The notes beneath the pieces are model-generated. The model was not told the DNA's origin. It was given only the letters and a program-made list of their open reading frames with translations, and did no database searches. A program made the translations under genes and the position numbers. 64,000 bases of DNA from an uncultured virus (IMG/VR IMGVR_UViG_3300042453_001749) (taxonomy: Duplodnaviria > Heunggongvirae > Uroviricota > Caudoviricetes), in IMG/VR virus record IMGVR_UViG_3300042453_001749; one strand, 5' to 3'. Positions within the stretch are counted from its first letter, which is position 1. Each line of letters begins with the position of its first letter. Positions 35,957 to 45,536 of this stretch are shown here, one piece after another.

Positions 35957-37357
35957 ATGGCTCTCAACCCATTTTTTCTACAAGGTTCAAAAGGTGAGCA
36001 AAATTTAGTCCAAGACCTCATCAACGAGCAGTTGAGGATGTATGGTGTTGAAATTTACTATATTCCTAGAAGATATATTTCTAAAAAAACAGTTATTAAA
36101 GAAGTCATTCAATCCGAATTTAGAGATGCATATCCAATTGAAGCATATGTAGATTCTTACAATGCTTTTGAGGGGCAGGGAACAATTCTCTCAAAGTTTG
36201 GAGTTCAAGATCTGGATGATTTGAGACTTATCATCTCAAGGGAAAGATTTGAAACTTATATATCACCATTAATGGAGTTTCAAAATATTCCAAATTTAGA
36301 GTTAACTACTAGACCAAAAGAAGGAGACTTAGTTTGGTTCCCTTTAGGTGATAGACTCTTTGAGATTAAATTTGTAGAACATGAAATTCCCTTTTATCAA
36401 TTGGGAAAAAATTATGTTTATACATTAACATGTGAACTCTACAGATATAGCAGTGAAGAAGTTGGAACAGATTTAGATTTCATTGACGACAATGTTAAGG
36501 GTCAAGGATATAGTAAGTCACTTACTTTGGTTGGTTCTGGAAGAACAGCAACTGCTTATACTGGATTGGTAAATGGAGCTGTTTATCAAGTATTGATTAC
36601 AAATAGAGGATCTGGATTTACAACCGCACCAACAGTTGTGTTTGAAAAGTCTCCAGTTTCTGGAGGAACTGCATCTGGAGATGCTATACTTATTAATGGA
36701 TTGGTTGATTGTAATGGTACAACATCTTCCAAAGTTCAGACAATTTTAATAACGAATCCAGGTTATGGATATACTTACGCACCAAAAGTTATTGTTACTG
36801 GGGGTGGTGGATCTGGATTTATTGCCACTTCTAAAATTGGAAACGGAGTTGTTGGTGTTGTAACTATTAGTGATGGTGGAACAGGATACATACTTTCCCA
36901 ACCACCAAATGTTGCAATAACAACTGCTCCTTCTGGAAGTGGAAATGTAAGTGCTGCTGGTACTGCAACAGTAAGCAGTGCATCTACAATTTCAAGAATT
37001 AAAATGACAAATGCTGGAGTTGGATATACACAAAATCCAACCATTTCCATTGGAAGTCCAGTTCTTATTGGATCTGGAAGTTACCAAAACAATGAAATTG
37101 TTGTTGGTTCATCTTCTAGTGCTACTGCAAGAGTTGATTCTTGGAATATAGTTACTAAGAAAATTGAATTAAAAAATATTGTTGGAGACTTCGTTGCTGG
37201 AGAAACTTTAACGGGCCAAACTTCTGGTGCTTCTTATAAAATTTCATACGAAGATGAATTTGATACTAGGGACAAATATGCACAAAATGACGAGATTGAA
37301 CTTGAGGCAGATAAAATTATTGACTTTAGTGAAATAAATCCGTTCGGTACGGTTTAA
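35957..37357 (+). CDS. g14: Neck protein gp14 with a Gly/Thr-rich insertion
   Basis: EQNLVQDLINEQLRMYG...RPKEGDLVWFP...DFSEINPFG. Confidence 0.9.
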   Translation: MALNPFFLQGSKGEQNLVQDLINEQLRMYGVEIYYIPRRYISKKTVIKEVIQSEFRDAYPIEAYVDSYNAFEGQGTILSKFGVQDLDDLRLIISRERFETYISPLMEFQNIPNLELTTRPKEGDLVWFPLGDRLFEIKFVEHEIPFYQLGKNYVYTLTCELYRYSSEEVGTDLDFIDDNVKGQGYSKSLTLVGSGRTATAYTGLVNGAVYQVLITNRGSGFTTAPTVVFEKSPVSGGTASGDAILINGLVDCNGTTSSKVQTILITNPGYGYTYAPKVIVTGGGGSGFIATSKIGNGVVGVVTISDGGTGYILSQPPNVAITTAPSGSGNVSAAGTATVSSASTISRIKMTNAGVGYTQNPTISIGSPVLIGSGSYQNNEIVVGSSSSATARVDSWNIVTKKIELKNIVGDFVAGETLTGQTSGASYKISYEDEFDTRDKYAQNDEIELEADKIIDFSEINPFGTV

Positions 37358-37391
37358 TTTTTTGTTAAATAGTAAATAAACGATTTAAAAA

Positions 37392-38399
37392 ATGTTTGAG
37401 TATTTTTATCACGAAATATTTCGTAGAACGATTATTGGATTTGGAACTCTTTTTAATAATATTACCATTAAAAGAACTGATAATGATGGTAGTTTATTAA
37501 CGGAATTTAAAGTTCCTCTTGCGTATGGTCCAACTCAAAAGTTTCTCGCAAGACTTGAGCAGGTTCCTGATTTAAACAAACCTGTTCAATTTTCTTTACC
37601 AAGAATGTCGTTTGAGTTTATTGGACTTCAATACGATACGACAAGAAAACTTACTCAAACTCAATCGTTTTTAACCACATCAGCATCCAATCCAACTATA
37701 CCTAGAAAGGCATATTTACCAGTTCCATATAATATGGACTTTGAACTTAGCATCATGACTTTAACTAATGATGATATGCTTCAAATTGTCGAGCAAATTC
37801 TTCCATATTTTCAACCAGGATTTACAATTACCATTACTTTAGCATCTGAGATAAATGAAAAAAGAGATATTCCTGTTATATTAAATTCAATATCAATGCA
37901 AGATGATTATGAAGGAAATTATGATACAAGAAGGGCTTTAATTTATACTTTAAGATTTACTGCAAAAACTTATCTATTTGGTCCAGTTCAATCTACTGGC
38001 GTTACGAACGAAATTATCAAAAAAGTTTCTGTTGGATTTATTGCTGGAGAACAAACATCGACTCCAACAAGAGATCTTACTTATTCGGTAGAACCAGTAG
38101 CAACAAAAAATTACACTGGAAGTTCGCAAGCAACACTAGAGTCAAATATAGATTCATCTGTAACATCGATCAGCGTATCTGATGCTTCACAGTTTAGTCA
38201 GTATGACTTTATAACGATTGATAGTGAAACTATGAAAATTACTTCCATAACTGATAATACAATCAAAGTTTCTAGAGGTCAATATAACACAAATTCATCT
38301 GATCACGTTGCAGGATCTGAGATTTTCAAAATTACTGTTGAAGATAATCAACTCATACAGTATGGTGATGATTTTGGATTTAGTGGTCTAACTTTATAA
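37392..38399 (+). CDS. g15: Tail sheath stabiliser/terminator gp15
   Basis: YFYHEIFRRTIIGFGTLFNNI...VPLAYGPTQKFLAR...QIVEQILPYFQP. Confidence 0.92.
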   Translation: MFEYFYHEIFRRTIIGFGTLFNNITIKRTDNDGSLLTEFKVPLAYGPTQKFLARLEQVPDLNKPVQFSLPRMSFEFIGLQYDTTRKLTQTQSFLTTSASNPTIPRKAYLPVPYNMDFELSIMTLTNDDMLQIVEQILPYFQPGFTITITLASEINEKRDIPVILNSISMQDDYEGNYDTRRALIYTLRFTAKTYLFGPVQSTGVTNEIIKKVSVGFIAGEQTSTPTRDLTYSVEPVATKNYTGSSQATLESNIDSSVTSISVSDASQFSQYDFITIDSETMKITSITDNTIKVSRGQYNTNSSDHVAGSEIFKITVEDNQLIQYGDDFGFSGLTL

Positions 38400-38401
38400 T
38401 T

Positions 38402-38839
38402 ATGAGTAAAAAATTTGACGATTTGAATGATACTTTTAATGTTGAGGGAAGCGTTGTGCCAATTAATTCACCTGCCGAAATAGTTACTCAAGAAGAAACT
38501 CCAAAAGCTCTAAATGCTAATGATGATGTTATAAAGGATTATGAATATACAAGAGGAAATCTTTATTCAATTATAGAAAAGGGACAAGAAGCAATTAATG
38601 GTATTTTAGAGTTGGCCCAAGAAAGTGAAATGCCTAGAGCCTATGAAGTTGCAGGTCAATTGATTAAAAATGTAGCAGATGCAACTGATAAGTTGATGGA
38701 TCTGCAAAAGAAATTAAAAGATATCGATGAGACAAAATCATCGAAAGGACCAACTACTGTTAACAACTCACTTTTTGTTGGATCCACTGCTGAGCTTTCT
38801 AAATTTTTAAAAACCATGCAAAATGATACTAAAGAATAA
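38402..38839 (+). CDS. g16: Terminase small subunit gp16
   Basis: DYEYTRGNLYSIIEKGQEA...PRAYEVAGQLIK...FVGSTAEL. Confidence 0.92.
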   Translation: MSKKFDDLNDTFNVEGSVVPINSPAEIVTQEETPKALNANDDVIKDYEYTRGNLYSIIEKGQEAINGILELAQESEMPRAYEVAGQLIKNVADATDKLMDLQKKLKDIDETKSSKGPTTVNNSLFVGSTAELSKFLKTMQNDTKE

Positions 38840-38842
38840 ATA
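38835..38842 (+). promoter_or_regulatory. T4-type late promoter
   Basis: AATAAATA (tandem) upstream of ORF 38869. Confidence 0.65.
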
Positions 38843-38868
38843 AATAAAGATTCTTTTTTATTCTATAA

Positions 38869-40614
38869 ATGTCCAACAATCTGAAACCTCACAAAAATGT
38901 GGAGCAAATTGCCAAAAAACATAAAGTTGACGTTTCAGAAATTGAAAAGCAACTTGCAATGGGAATCAAAGTAGAAAAAGAACATACTAAAAGTGAATCT
39001 ACTGCTAGAACTATTGCCCTTCAGCATTTGGATGAAATTCCAGACTATTATTCTAGATTAAAAAAAGCAGAAAAAGTTTCTGAAGATCTTAGAGATTGGT
39101 TTGGTAAAGGTGGAGAAGGTGGAGTTGGTGGTGGTGGATGGGACCGATACAACACCAAAGGAGAAAGAATTGGTAAATGTGCTCGTGAACCTGGAGAACC
39201 AAAACCAAAATGCCTTTCTAAAGAAAAGGCAGCAAAAATGTCCAAAAGTGAAATTGCTTCAGCAGTAAAAAGAAAGAGAAAACAAGATCCCACAGCAGAT
39301 AGATCTGGAAAAGGAGGAAGACCCATCATGGTTTCAAATAAAATAAAGGAACAATCAGAGGAAAGTAGATATTGCACAAAATGTAAAAAAGTAGAAAAAA
39401 GATCCGAATGCTCTTACGGTCCAGAAATGTGGGATAAAATGACTGTTAAAAATTTTGCTAAGGAAGCAAAGGATCATGAATATTCAATGGCTCGCTCTGA
39501 GTTATCAGCAATAATTAACTCATCAAAAAGACTTAAGAAAAAAGTTTCTAAGGGTGAAGGTGAAATTGAGGCGTGGGTGCAATCAAAAATTACCAGAGCT
39601 GCTGACTATTTAAATTCAGCTGCAGATTATGTTGATAGTGGGGAAATGAAGAAAGAATCTGTTACTATTGAAACTGCTGATGGAAAATCTTTTGCCGAAG
39701 TAATTGATATAATTGGTCCAAATCAAATGGAACCTGTAGTCAATGAAAAATGTTGGGTTGGATATAAGCAAGTTGGCATGAAGAAAAAGGGAAATAAAAC
39801 CGTTCCAAATTGTGTTCCAGAGTCTAAAAGTATCGTTTCAAAAATGTTAGAACAGATTGAAGGAGAAGAACTTCTTCAATCGTTTGAGGAAGAAAATAAA
39901 CCAACGAATCCTTCACTTTGGGCAAAAGCAAAGGCAGCAGCTAAAGCAAAATTTGACGTTTATCCATCAGCATATGCAAATGGGTGGGCTTCAAAATGGT
40001 ATAAATCTAAAGGTGGTGGATGGAAATCCGTAAGGGAGTCTTATGAAGAAGGTGAAGTTTGTGCATATTGTGGATGCGATCCATGCGAATGTGAAGAAGG
40101 TCAAAATTGGGATGGGGAAGAAGAACTGGAAGAATCAGTAAGAATTCCATCAAAAAATGGGCATATTATGATGGTCATAGTCATGTGGAGAGGGCAAACA
40201 TATTCATTAAAAATGTTTTTCCCATCAACAAGAATCCCATCTAAAAAAGATATTTCTACAGAGATTCAAAAAGTATATCCAGATTCAAAAGTAGTATACG
40301 CCAAAGTTTCTAATCTTGAACCTGGACAACCTTTGTTGCAAACAGGTGTTAATGAGGATTGGCAGAAAGTAAATCGCCAAGATAAAACTGATGGATTGAG
40401 TCAGAAAGCAGTTAATGCATATAGACGCGAAAATCCTGGTTCAAAATTACAGACGGCTGTAACAGAAAAAAATCCATCAGGTAAAAGAGCGAAACGCCGT
40501 TCTTCATTTTGTAGTCGTATGAAGGGAATGAAATCTAAACTCACTTCCGCAAAAACTTCTAGAGATCCAGATTCAAGAATTAACAAAGCACTCCGTCGTT
40601 GGAATTGTAATTAA
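38869..40614 (+). CDS. Modular protein made of about 9-10 short domains; candidate head-internal polyprotein
   Basis: Distinct modules joined at xxE-type linkers; late promoter; lies between g16 and g17. Confidence 0.7.
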   Translation: MSNNLKPHKNVEQIAKKHKVDVSEIEKQLAMGIKVEKEHTKSESTARTIALQHLDEIPDYYSRLKKAEKVSEDLRDWFGKGGEGGVGGGGWDRYNTKGERIGKCAREPGEPKPKCLSKEKAAKMSKSEIASAVKRKRKQDPTADRSGKGGRPIMVSNKIKEQSEESRYCTKCKKVEKRSECSYGPEMWDKMTVKNFAKEAKDHEYSMARSELSAIINSSKRLKKKVSKGEGEIEAWVQSKITRAADYLNSAADYVDSGEMKKESVTIETADGKSFAEVIDIIGPNQMEPVVNEKCWVGYKQVGMKKKGNKTVPNCVPESKSIVSKMLEQIEGEELLQSFEEENKPTNPSLWAKAKAAAKAKFDVYPSAYANGWASKWYKSKGGGWKSVRESYEEGEVCAYCGCDPCECEEGQNWDGEEELEESVRIPSKNGHIMMVIVMWRGQTYSLKMFFPSTRIPSKKDISTEIQKVYPDSKVVYAKVSNLEPGQPLLQTGVNEDWQKVNRQDKTDGLSQKAVNAYRRENPGSKLQTAVTEKNPSGKRAKRRSSFCSRMKGMKSKLTSAKTSRDPDSRINKALRRWNCN

Positions 40615-40631
40615 GAGGTAATTTTTTCATT

Positions 40632-42278
40632 ATGTCTGATAGTGTATATCTTGGTAATCCTAATTTAAAAAAAGCAAATACACCAATTCAATTTACTGCT
40701 GAGCAAATTGAAGAATTTATTAAGTGTAAGGAAGATCCCGTTTATTTTGCTAAAAATTATGTAAAAATTGTATCTCTGGATGAAGGATTGGTTCAATTCA
40801 ATCCATATGGATTTCAGGAAAAATTAATTACAAATTTCCATAAACATAGATTTAACATCTGCAAGATGCCCAGGCAGACTGGTAAATCTACTACAGTTAT
40901 ATCATTTCTTTTACACTACACAGTTTTTAACGATAATATAAACATAGGCATTCTTGCAAACAAAGCTGCAACTGCTAGAGAACTTTTGGATAGACTCCAA
41001 ACTGCATATGAAAACCTCCCAAAATGGATGCAGCAAGGAGTTCTCCAGTGGAACAGAGGTTCTTTAGAATTGGAGAATGGATCCAAAATCCTCGCAGCAT
41101 CTACATCAGCATCTGCTGTCCGAGGAATGTCTTTTAACATTATTTTCTTGGACGAATTTGCATTCGTTCCGAATCATATTGCAGATGACTTTTTCAGTTC
41201 CGTATATCCTACAATTTCTTCTGGTAAATCAACAAAAGTAATTATAGTTTCTACCCCAAAGGGTATGAACCACTTTTATAGAATGTGGCATGATGCGGAA
41301 CGTGGTAAAAGTGAATATGTTTTTACCGATGTTCATTGGAGTGAAGTTCCAGGTCGTGACGAAAACTGGAAAAAACAAACAATCGCAAACACTTCAGAAC
41401 AGCAATTTAAAGTTGAATTTGAATGTGAATTTTTAGGATCTGTCGATACTCTCATTGCACCAAGTAAATTAAGAAACTTAGTTTATGATCATCCAAAAAA
41501 ACGTAATGCTGGATTGGACGTATATGAAGATGTTGAGGAGGAGCACGATTATTTAATTACGGTTGACGTTGCTAGAGGTGTGGGGAATGACTATTCGGCT
41601 TTTACGGTCGTAGATATAACCACATTTCCGCACAAAGTTGTTGCAAAATATAGAAACAATGAAATTAAACCTATGCTTTTCCCAAGCATCATTGTAGAAG
41701 TTGCTAAAAACTATAACGATGCTTATATTTTATGTGAGGTAAATGACGTTGGAGATCAAGTTGCATCAATCATTCATTACGATCTTGAGTATAATAATTT
41801 ATTGATGTGTTCTATGCGAGGTAGAGCAGGTCAAATAGTTGGTCAAGGATTTTCTGGAAAGAAAACTCAACTTGGTGTGAAGATGTCTAAAACTGTAAAA
41901 AAAGTTGGATGTCTAAATTTAAAAACAATGATTGAGGAGGATAAATTAATCTTCAGAGATTATGAGATTATGAGTGAATTAACGACTTTCATTCAAAAGC
42001 ATAATTCATTTGAGGCAGAAGAAGGGTGCAATGATGATCTTGCAATGTGTCTTGTAATTTATGCTTGGTTAGTTGCTCAGGATTATTTTAAAGAACTTAC
42101 GGACCAAGATGTTAGAAAACGTTTATATGAAGAGCAAAAGAATCAAATAGAACAAGATATGTCTCCATTTGGATTTATTGTAGATGGTCTTGAAGATGCA
42201 ACTTTCGTTGATTCTCAAGGAGATAGATGGTACACAGATGAATATGGTGATATGTCGTATATGTGGGAATATCAGTAA
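40632..42278 (+). CDS. g17: Terminase large subunit gp17
   Basis: PRQTGKST Walker A; IFLDEFAF Walker B; TVDVARGVGNDYSAF; NDDLAM. Confidence 0.96.
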   Translation: MSDSVYLGNPNLKKANTPIQFTAEQIEEFIKCKEDPVYFAKNYVKIVSLDEGLVQFNPYGFQEKLITNFHKHRFNICKMPRQTGKSTTVISFLLHYTVFNDNINIGILANKAATARELLDRLQTAYENLPKWMQQGVLQWNRGSLELENGSKILAASTSASAVRGMSFNIIFLDEFAFVPNHIADDFFSSVYPTISSGKSTKVIIVSTPKGMNHFYRMWHDAERGKSEYVFTDVHWSEVPGRDENWKKQTIANTSEQQFKVEFECEFLGSVDTLIAPSKLRNLVYDHPKKRNAGLDVYEDVEEEHDYLITVDVARGVGNDYSAFTVVDITTFPHKVVAKYRNNEIKPMLFPSIIVEVAKNYNDAYILCEVNDVGDQVASIIHYDLEYNNLLMCSMRGRAGQIVGQGFSGKKTQLGVKMSKTVKKVGCLNLKTMIEEDKLIFRDYEIMSELTTFIQKHNSFEAEEGCNDDLAMCLVIYAWLVAQDYFKELTDQDVRKRLYEEQKNQIEQDMSPFGFIVDGLEDATFVDSQGDRWYTDEYGDMSYMWEYQ

Positions 42279-42514
42279 TGGATTTAGATGGTCAAATTAG
42301 ATTAGGTCACTTATTACTAAATGATAGAAGATGTAGGGTTTGTGGTCAAATGAAAAATTTGATTGATGACTTCTACAGAACTCGCAGAAACAGAGGATCT
42401 GTTCCATCTTCATACTCTTATGAGTGTAAAGACTGTACGATCAAAAGAATTAAGAAAAGTAGAACAAAAAATGATAAGATTAAGCATATTCCATGGGAAT
42501 ATCCTGACTGGTAA
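42278..42514 (+). CDS. Small Zn-finger protein (start ATG42278)
   Basis: CRVCG...DDFYRTR...YSYECKDC. Confidence 0.7.
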   Translation: MDLDGQIRLGHLLLNDRRCRVCGQMKNLIDDFYRTRRNRGSVPSSYSYECKDCTIKRIKKSRTKNDKIKHIPWEYPDW

Positions 42515-42554
42515 TTTGTTCATGCATGGTTTCCCCATTGAAAATATAGTTTTT

Positions 42555-42562
42555 AATAAATA
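42555..42562 (+). promoter_or_regulatory. T4-type late promoter
   Basis: AATAAATA, with an AGGAG SD before g18. Confidence 0.7.
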
Positions 42563-42594
42563 TTTTCAGACAAACTGAGAATCAGGAGAAAAAC

Positions 42595-44844
42595 ATGGCG
42601 ACTCCTCAATTATCTCCAGGCGTACTCGTCAGAGAAGTTGATCTAACTGTAGGAAGAGCTGATAACGTATTTGACAACGTTGGTGGTATTGCGGGTCCAT
42701 TTGCAAAGGGTCCAGTTAATGAAGTTGTCGATATTACCAGCGAAAAAGATTTACTAAACATTTTTGGATCACCAATCTCTAGCGACAGGCAGTATGAGTA
42801 TTGGTTAAGTGTTTCTTCTTTCCTATCATATGGAGGAAGAGCAAAGGTAGTTAGAGTTGATGGTGGTGCATTAAAGAATGCAATTGTAGGCATTGCATCA
42901 ACAACTCAAGCAGTTAAAATTAGAAATTATGTAGAGTACACCGAAAACTTTAATGGTGATGGTGTTGAATTCTTATATTCTGCTAAAAATCCAGGAACTT
43001 GGGCAAATGGTCTTAAAGTTTGCACAATTGATGGATTTGCAGATCAAAGAATTAGTATTGCAGCATCAGATCCAGTAGGTGCAGGAGTTACTATCGGAAC
43101 TGAAGTTAGAAAATCAGTATCTGGGGAATTATTTGCAGGTATCGGTACAACAAGTACTCTTGGTGGTTATCTAAGAGGAATCGTAGTTGGTGTATCAACT
43201 GCAACAATTGGAAATGGAACCATTGATGTTAAGATTCTCTCTAGAGTTGACGGTAATGGAGTAGAATCTGCTATCGACTATGCTAACGGAAGTGCAACAG
43301 CATCGATCCTAGAAGATGATCTCATCACTTTTAGAGATCCTGATGGAGCAATTTCAATTGGAATTGGAACTACATCAGTTTCTACTGGAGTAGTCGTACA
43401 GGATTCGGCAGATTGGTATGATCAGCAAACTCTTGGATTAACTAACCAAACTCTTTACTGGAAGAATATTGCACCAAGACCAAAAACAACGAACTTTGCT
43501 CTACAAAGAAATTCAAAGAATGATGAAATTCATGTAGTAGTTGTTGATGATCTCGGAACATACACGGGAACCCAAGGAACTATTCTTGAAAAATTCGTTG
43601 GACTTTCCAAAGCAAAAGACGCAACTTCTGAAGTTAATTCACCATCTAAGAACTGGTATAAGCAGTATATTGCTAACTTCTCAAGTTTAATTTATATTGG
43701 TTCTAACTTATCGTCAACTGACGCAATTGCTCCTAAATTTACAACTCCAAATACTGGAATTTCAACTTCTCCAGCATCTCTTGCTGGTGGTGTTTGGGGA
43801 CAAGATGCACAAAACGTAAACTTCAACGTTGTTGGCGCAAAATCATACACCTTAGGTGGAGTTGGAGTAGCTGCTACAAATTGGACTGGAGTTGATTATG
43901 CTGCTGCTGGTACAATGGGGGTCATGGCTCCAACACTTGGAAGTCTGAACACTGCATATGATTTATTCTCAAATGATGACGATGTTCAGGTAGACTTCTT
44001 AATTGGTGGTCCTGGATTAACTAATCAGATTGATTCTCAAGCACTTGCAAACAATATCTTAACCCTTGCAACTCAACGTAAAGATTGTGTTGCTTGCATT
44101 TCTCCATACAGAGATGCTCTAATTGGACCAGAAGGACCAAAAACTCCTGCACAGCAAACTGCAAATGTTAATGAGTTCTTTAACGGAATTACATTATCAA
44201 CTTCTTATGGTGTATTTGATTCTGGTTGGAAGTACACATATGATAGATTCAACAACCAATTCGTCTACATTCCATGTAATGCAGACGTTGCTGGAATGAT
44301 GGTTAGAACAACTCTTGAAAACTATCCTTGGTATTCACCAGCGGGTCAACAAAGAGGTGTCCTAAACAATGCAATCAAACTTGCATACAATCCATCTAAA
44401 GCACAAAGAGATCAGATTTATCCAAATAGAATTAACCCAATTATCTCTTCTCCTGGAGTAGGTCTAATTCTATTCGGTGATAAGACTGCTCTCTCTTATC
44501 AGTCCGCATTTGATAGAATTAATGTTAGAAGACTGTTCATTACTCTCAAGAAAGCACTATCTAGAGCTGCTGAGGCACAACTCTTTGAATTTAACGATAC
44601 AATTACAAGAGCAAACTTTGTAAATATTGTAGAACCTTATCTTCGTGACGTACAAGCGAAGAGAGGCGTATATGACTTCCTAGTTGTTTGTGATGAGTCA
44701 AATAATACACCTGATATTATTGATAATAATGAATTCAGAGCTGATATTTACTTAAAACCAGCGAAGTCCATTAATTATGTTACACTCACATTTGTTGCTA
44801 CACGCACAGGTGTTAGCTTTGATGAAGTTGTGGGTTCTGTTTGA
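42595..44844 (+). CDS. g18: Tail sheath protein gp18
   Basis: SPGVLVREVDLT...PWYSPAGQQRG...SAFDRINVRRLF. Confidence 0.96.
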   Translation: MATPQLSPGVLVREVDLTVGRADNVFDNVGGIAGPFAKGPVNEVVDITSEKDLLNIFGSPISSDRQYEYWLSVSSFLSYGGRAKVVRVDGGALKNAIVGIASTTQAVKIRNYVEYTENFNGDGVEFLYSAKNPGTWANGLKVCTIDGFADQRISIAASDPVGAGVTIGTEVRKSVSGELFAGIGTTSTLGGYLRGIVVGVSTATIGNGTIDVKILSRVDGNGVESAIDYANGSATASILEDDLITFRDPDGAISIGIGTTSVSTGVVVQDSADWYDQQTLGLTNQTLYWKNIAPRPKTTNFALQRNSKNDEIHVVVVDDLGTYTGTQGTILEKFVGLSKAKDATSEVNSPSKNWYKQYIANFSSLIYIGSNLSSTDAIAPKFTTPNTGISTSPASLAGGVWGQDAQNVNFNVVGAKSYTLGGVGVAATNWTGVDYAAAGTMGVMAPTLGSLNTAYDLFSNDDDVQVDFLIGGPGLTNQIDSQALANNILTLATQRKDCVACISPYRDALIGPEGPKTPAQQTANVNEFFNGITLSTSYGVFDSGWKYTYDRFNNQFVYIPCNADVAGMMVRTTLENYPWYSPAGQQRGVLNNAIKLAYNPSKAQRDQIYPNRINPIISSPGVGLILFGDKTALSYQSAFDRINVRRLFITLKKALSRAAEAQLFEFNDTITRANFVNIVEPYLRDVQAKRGVYDFLVVCDESNNTPDIIDNNEFRADIYLKPAKSINYVTLTFVATRTGVSFDEVVGSV

Positions 44845-44876
44845 TAACTAAGTAAATTTAAAGGAGGAACTCTAAA

Positions 44877-45503
44877 ATGTCTACCTTAAGAACAATCTCT
44901 GGATTTAAAGAAAGACTCGCTGGTGGTGGTGCTCGCCCCAATCTATTTGAAGTCAGCATCCCAGCATTCCCAGCAGACCTGGGAATCACTTGGGATAACG
45001 AATCGGTTAGAACTTTCAACTTCTTATGCAAAGCTGCTGCACTTCCAGCATCAAACATTGCACCGATTGAAGTTCCATTTAGAGGACGTATTTTAAAAGT
45101 TGCGGGTGATCGTACATTCGACACCTGGACCGTAACCGTCATCAACGATGAAGACTTCAAACTTAGATCTGCATTTGAACTTTGGATGAACGGAATCAGC
45201 AAACTTGATAATAACACTGGTGCTACTAGCCCAACGTCATACATGGTCAATGCTGAGGTTTACCAACTTGGTCGTGGTGCTGGTGGTGGAAGATTCTCAA
45301 CCAACAACACTCAAGCAGCAGATGGAACTTCAATTAGTCCACTAAGAGCTTATAAGTTCTACGATATTTTCCCAACCAATGTATCTCAGATTGACCTTTC
45401 ATATGATACTGGAGATACAATTGAGGAGTACACCGTAGAATTCCAAGTTCAGTGGTGGACTGCTGGCGAACTAAGCGATCAAACTGGGCAGCAGATTATC
45501 TAA
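44877..45503 (+). CDS. g19: Tail tube protein gp19
   Basis: GGGARPNLFEV...FRGRILKVAGDRTFDTWTVTVIND. Confidence 0.96.
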   Translation: MSTLRTISGFKERLAGGGARPNLFEVSIPAFPADLGITWDNESVRTFNFLCKAAALPASNIAPIEVPFRGRILKVAGDRTFDTWTVTVINDEDFKLRSAFELWMNGISKLDNNTGATSPTSYMVNAEVYQLGRGAGGGRFSTNNTQAADGTSISPLRAYKFYDIFPTNVSQIDLSYDTGDTIEEYTVEFQVQWWTAGELSDQTGQQII

Positions 45504-45509
45504 TAAATA
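45502..45509 (+). promoter_or_regulatory. T4-type late promoter
   Basis: AATAAATA upstream of g20. Confidence 0.7.
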
Positions 45510-45536
45510 GTAGAATAACGGTTCTAAACTTTATTC

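Noticed and set aside
16657..37050. Many short alternative-frame or antisense ORFs inside g7, g8, the VrlC-like gene and g14
   Set aside because: Fully nested in long genes, with no independent signals
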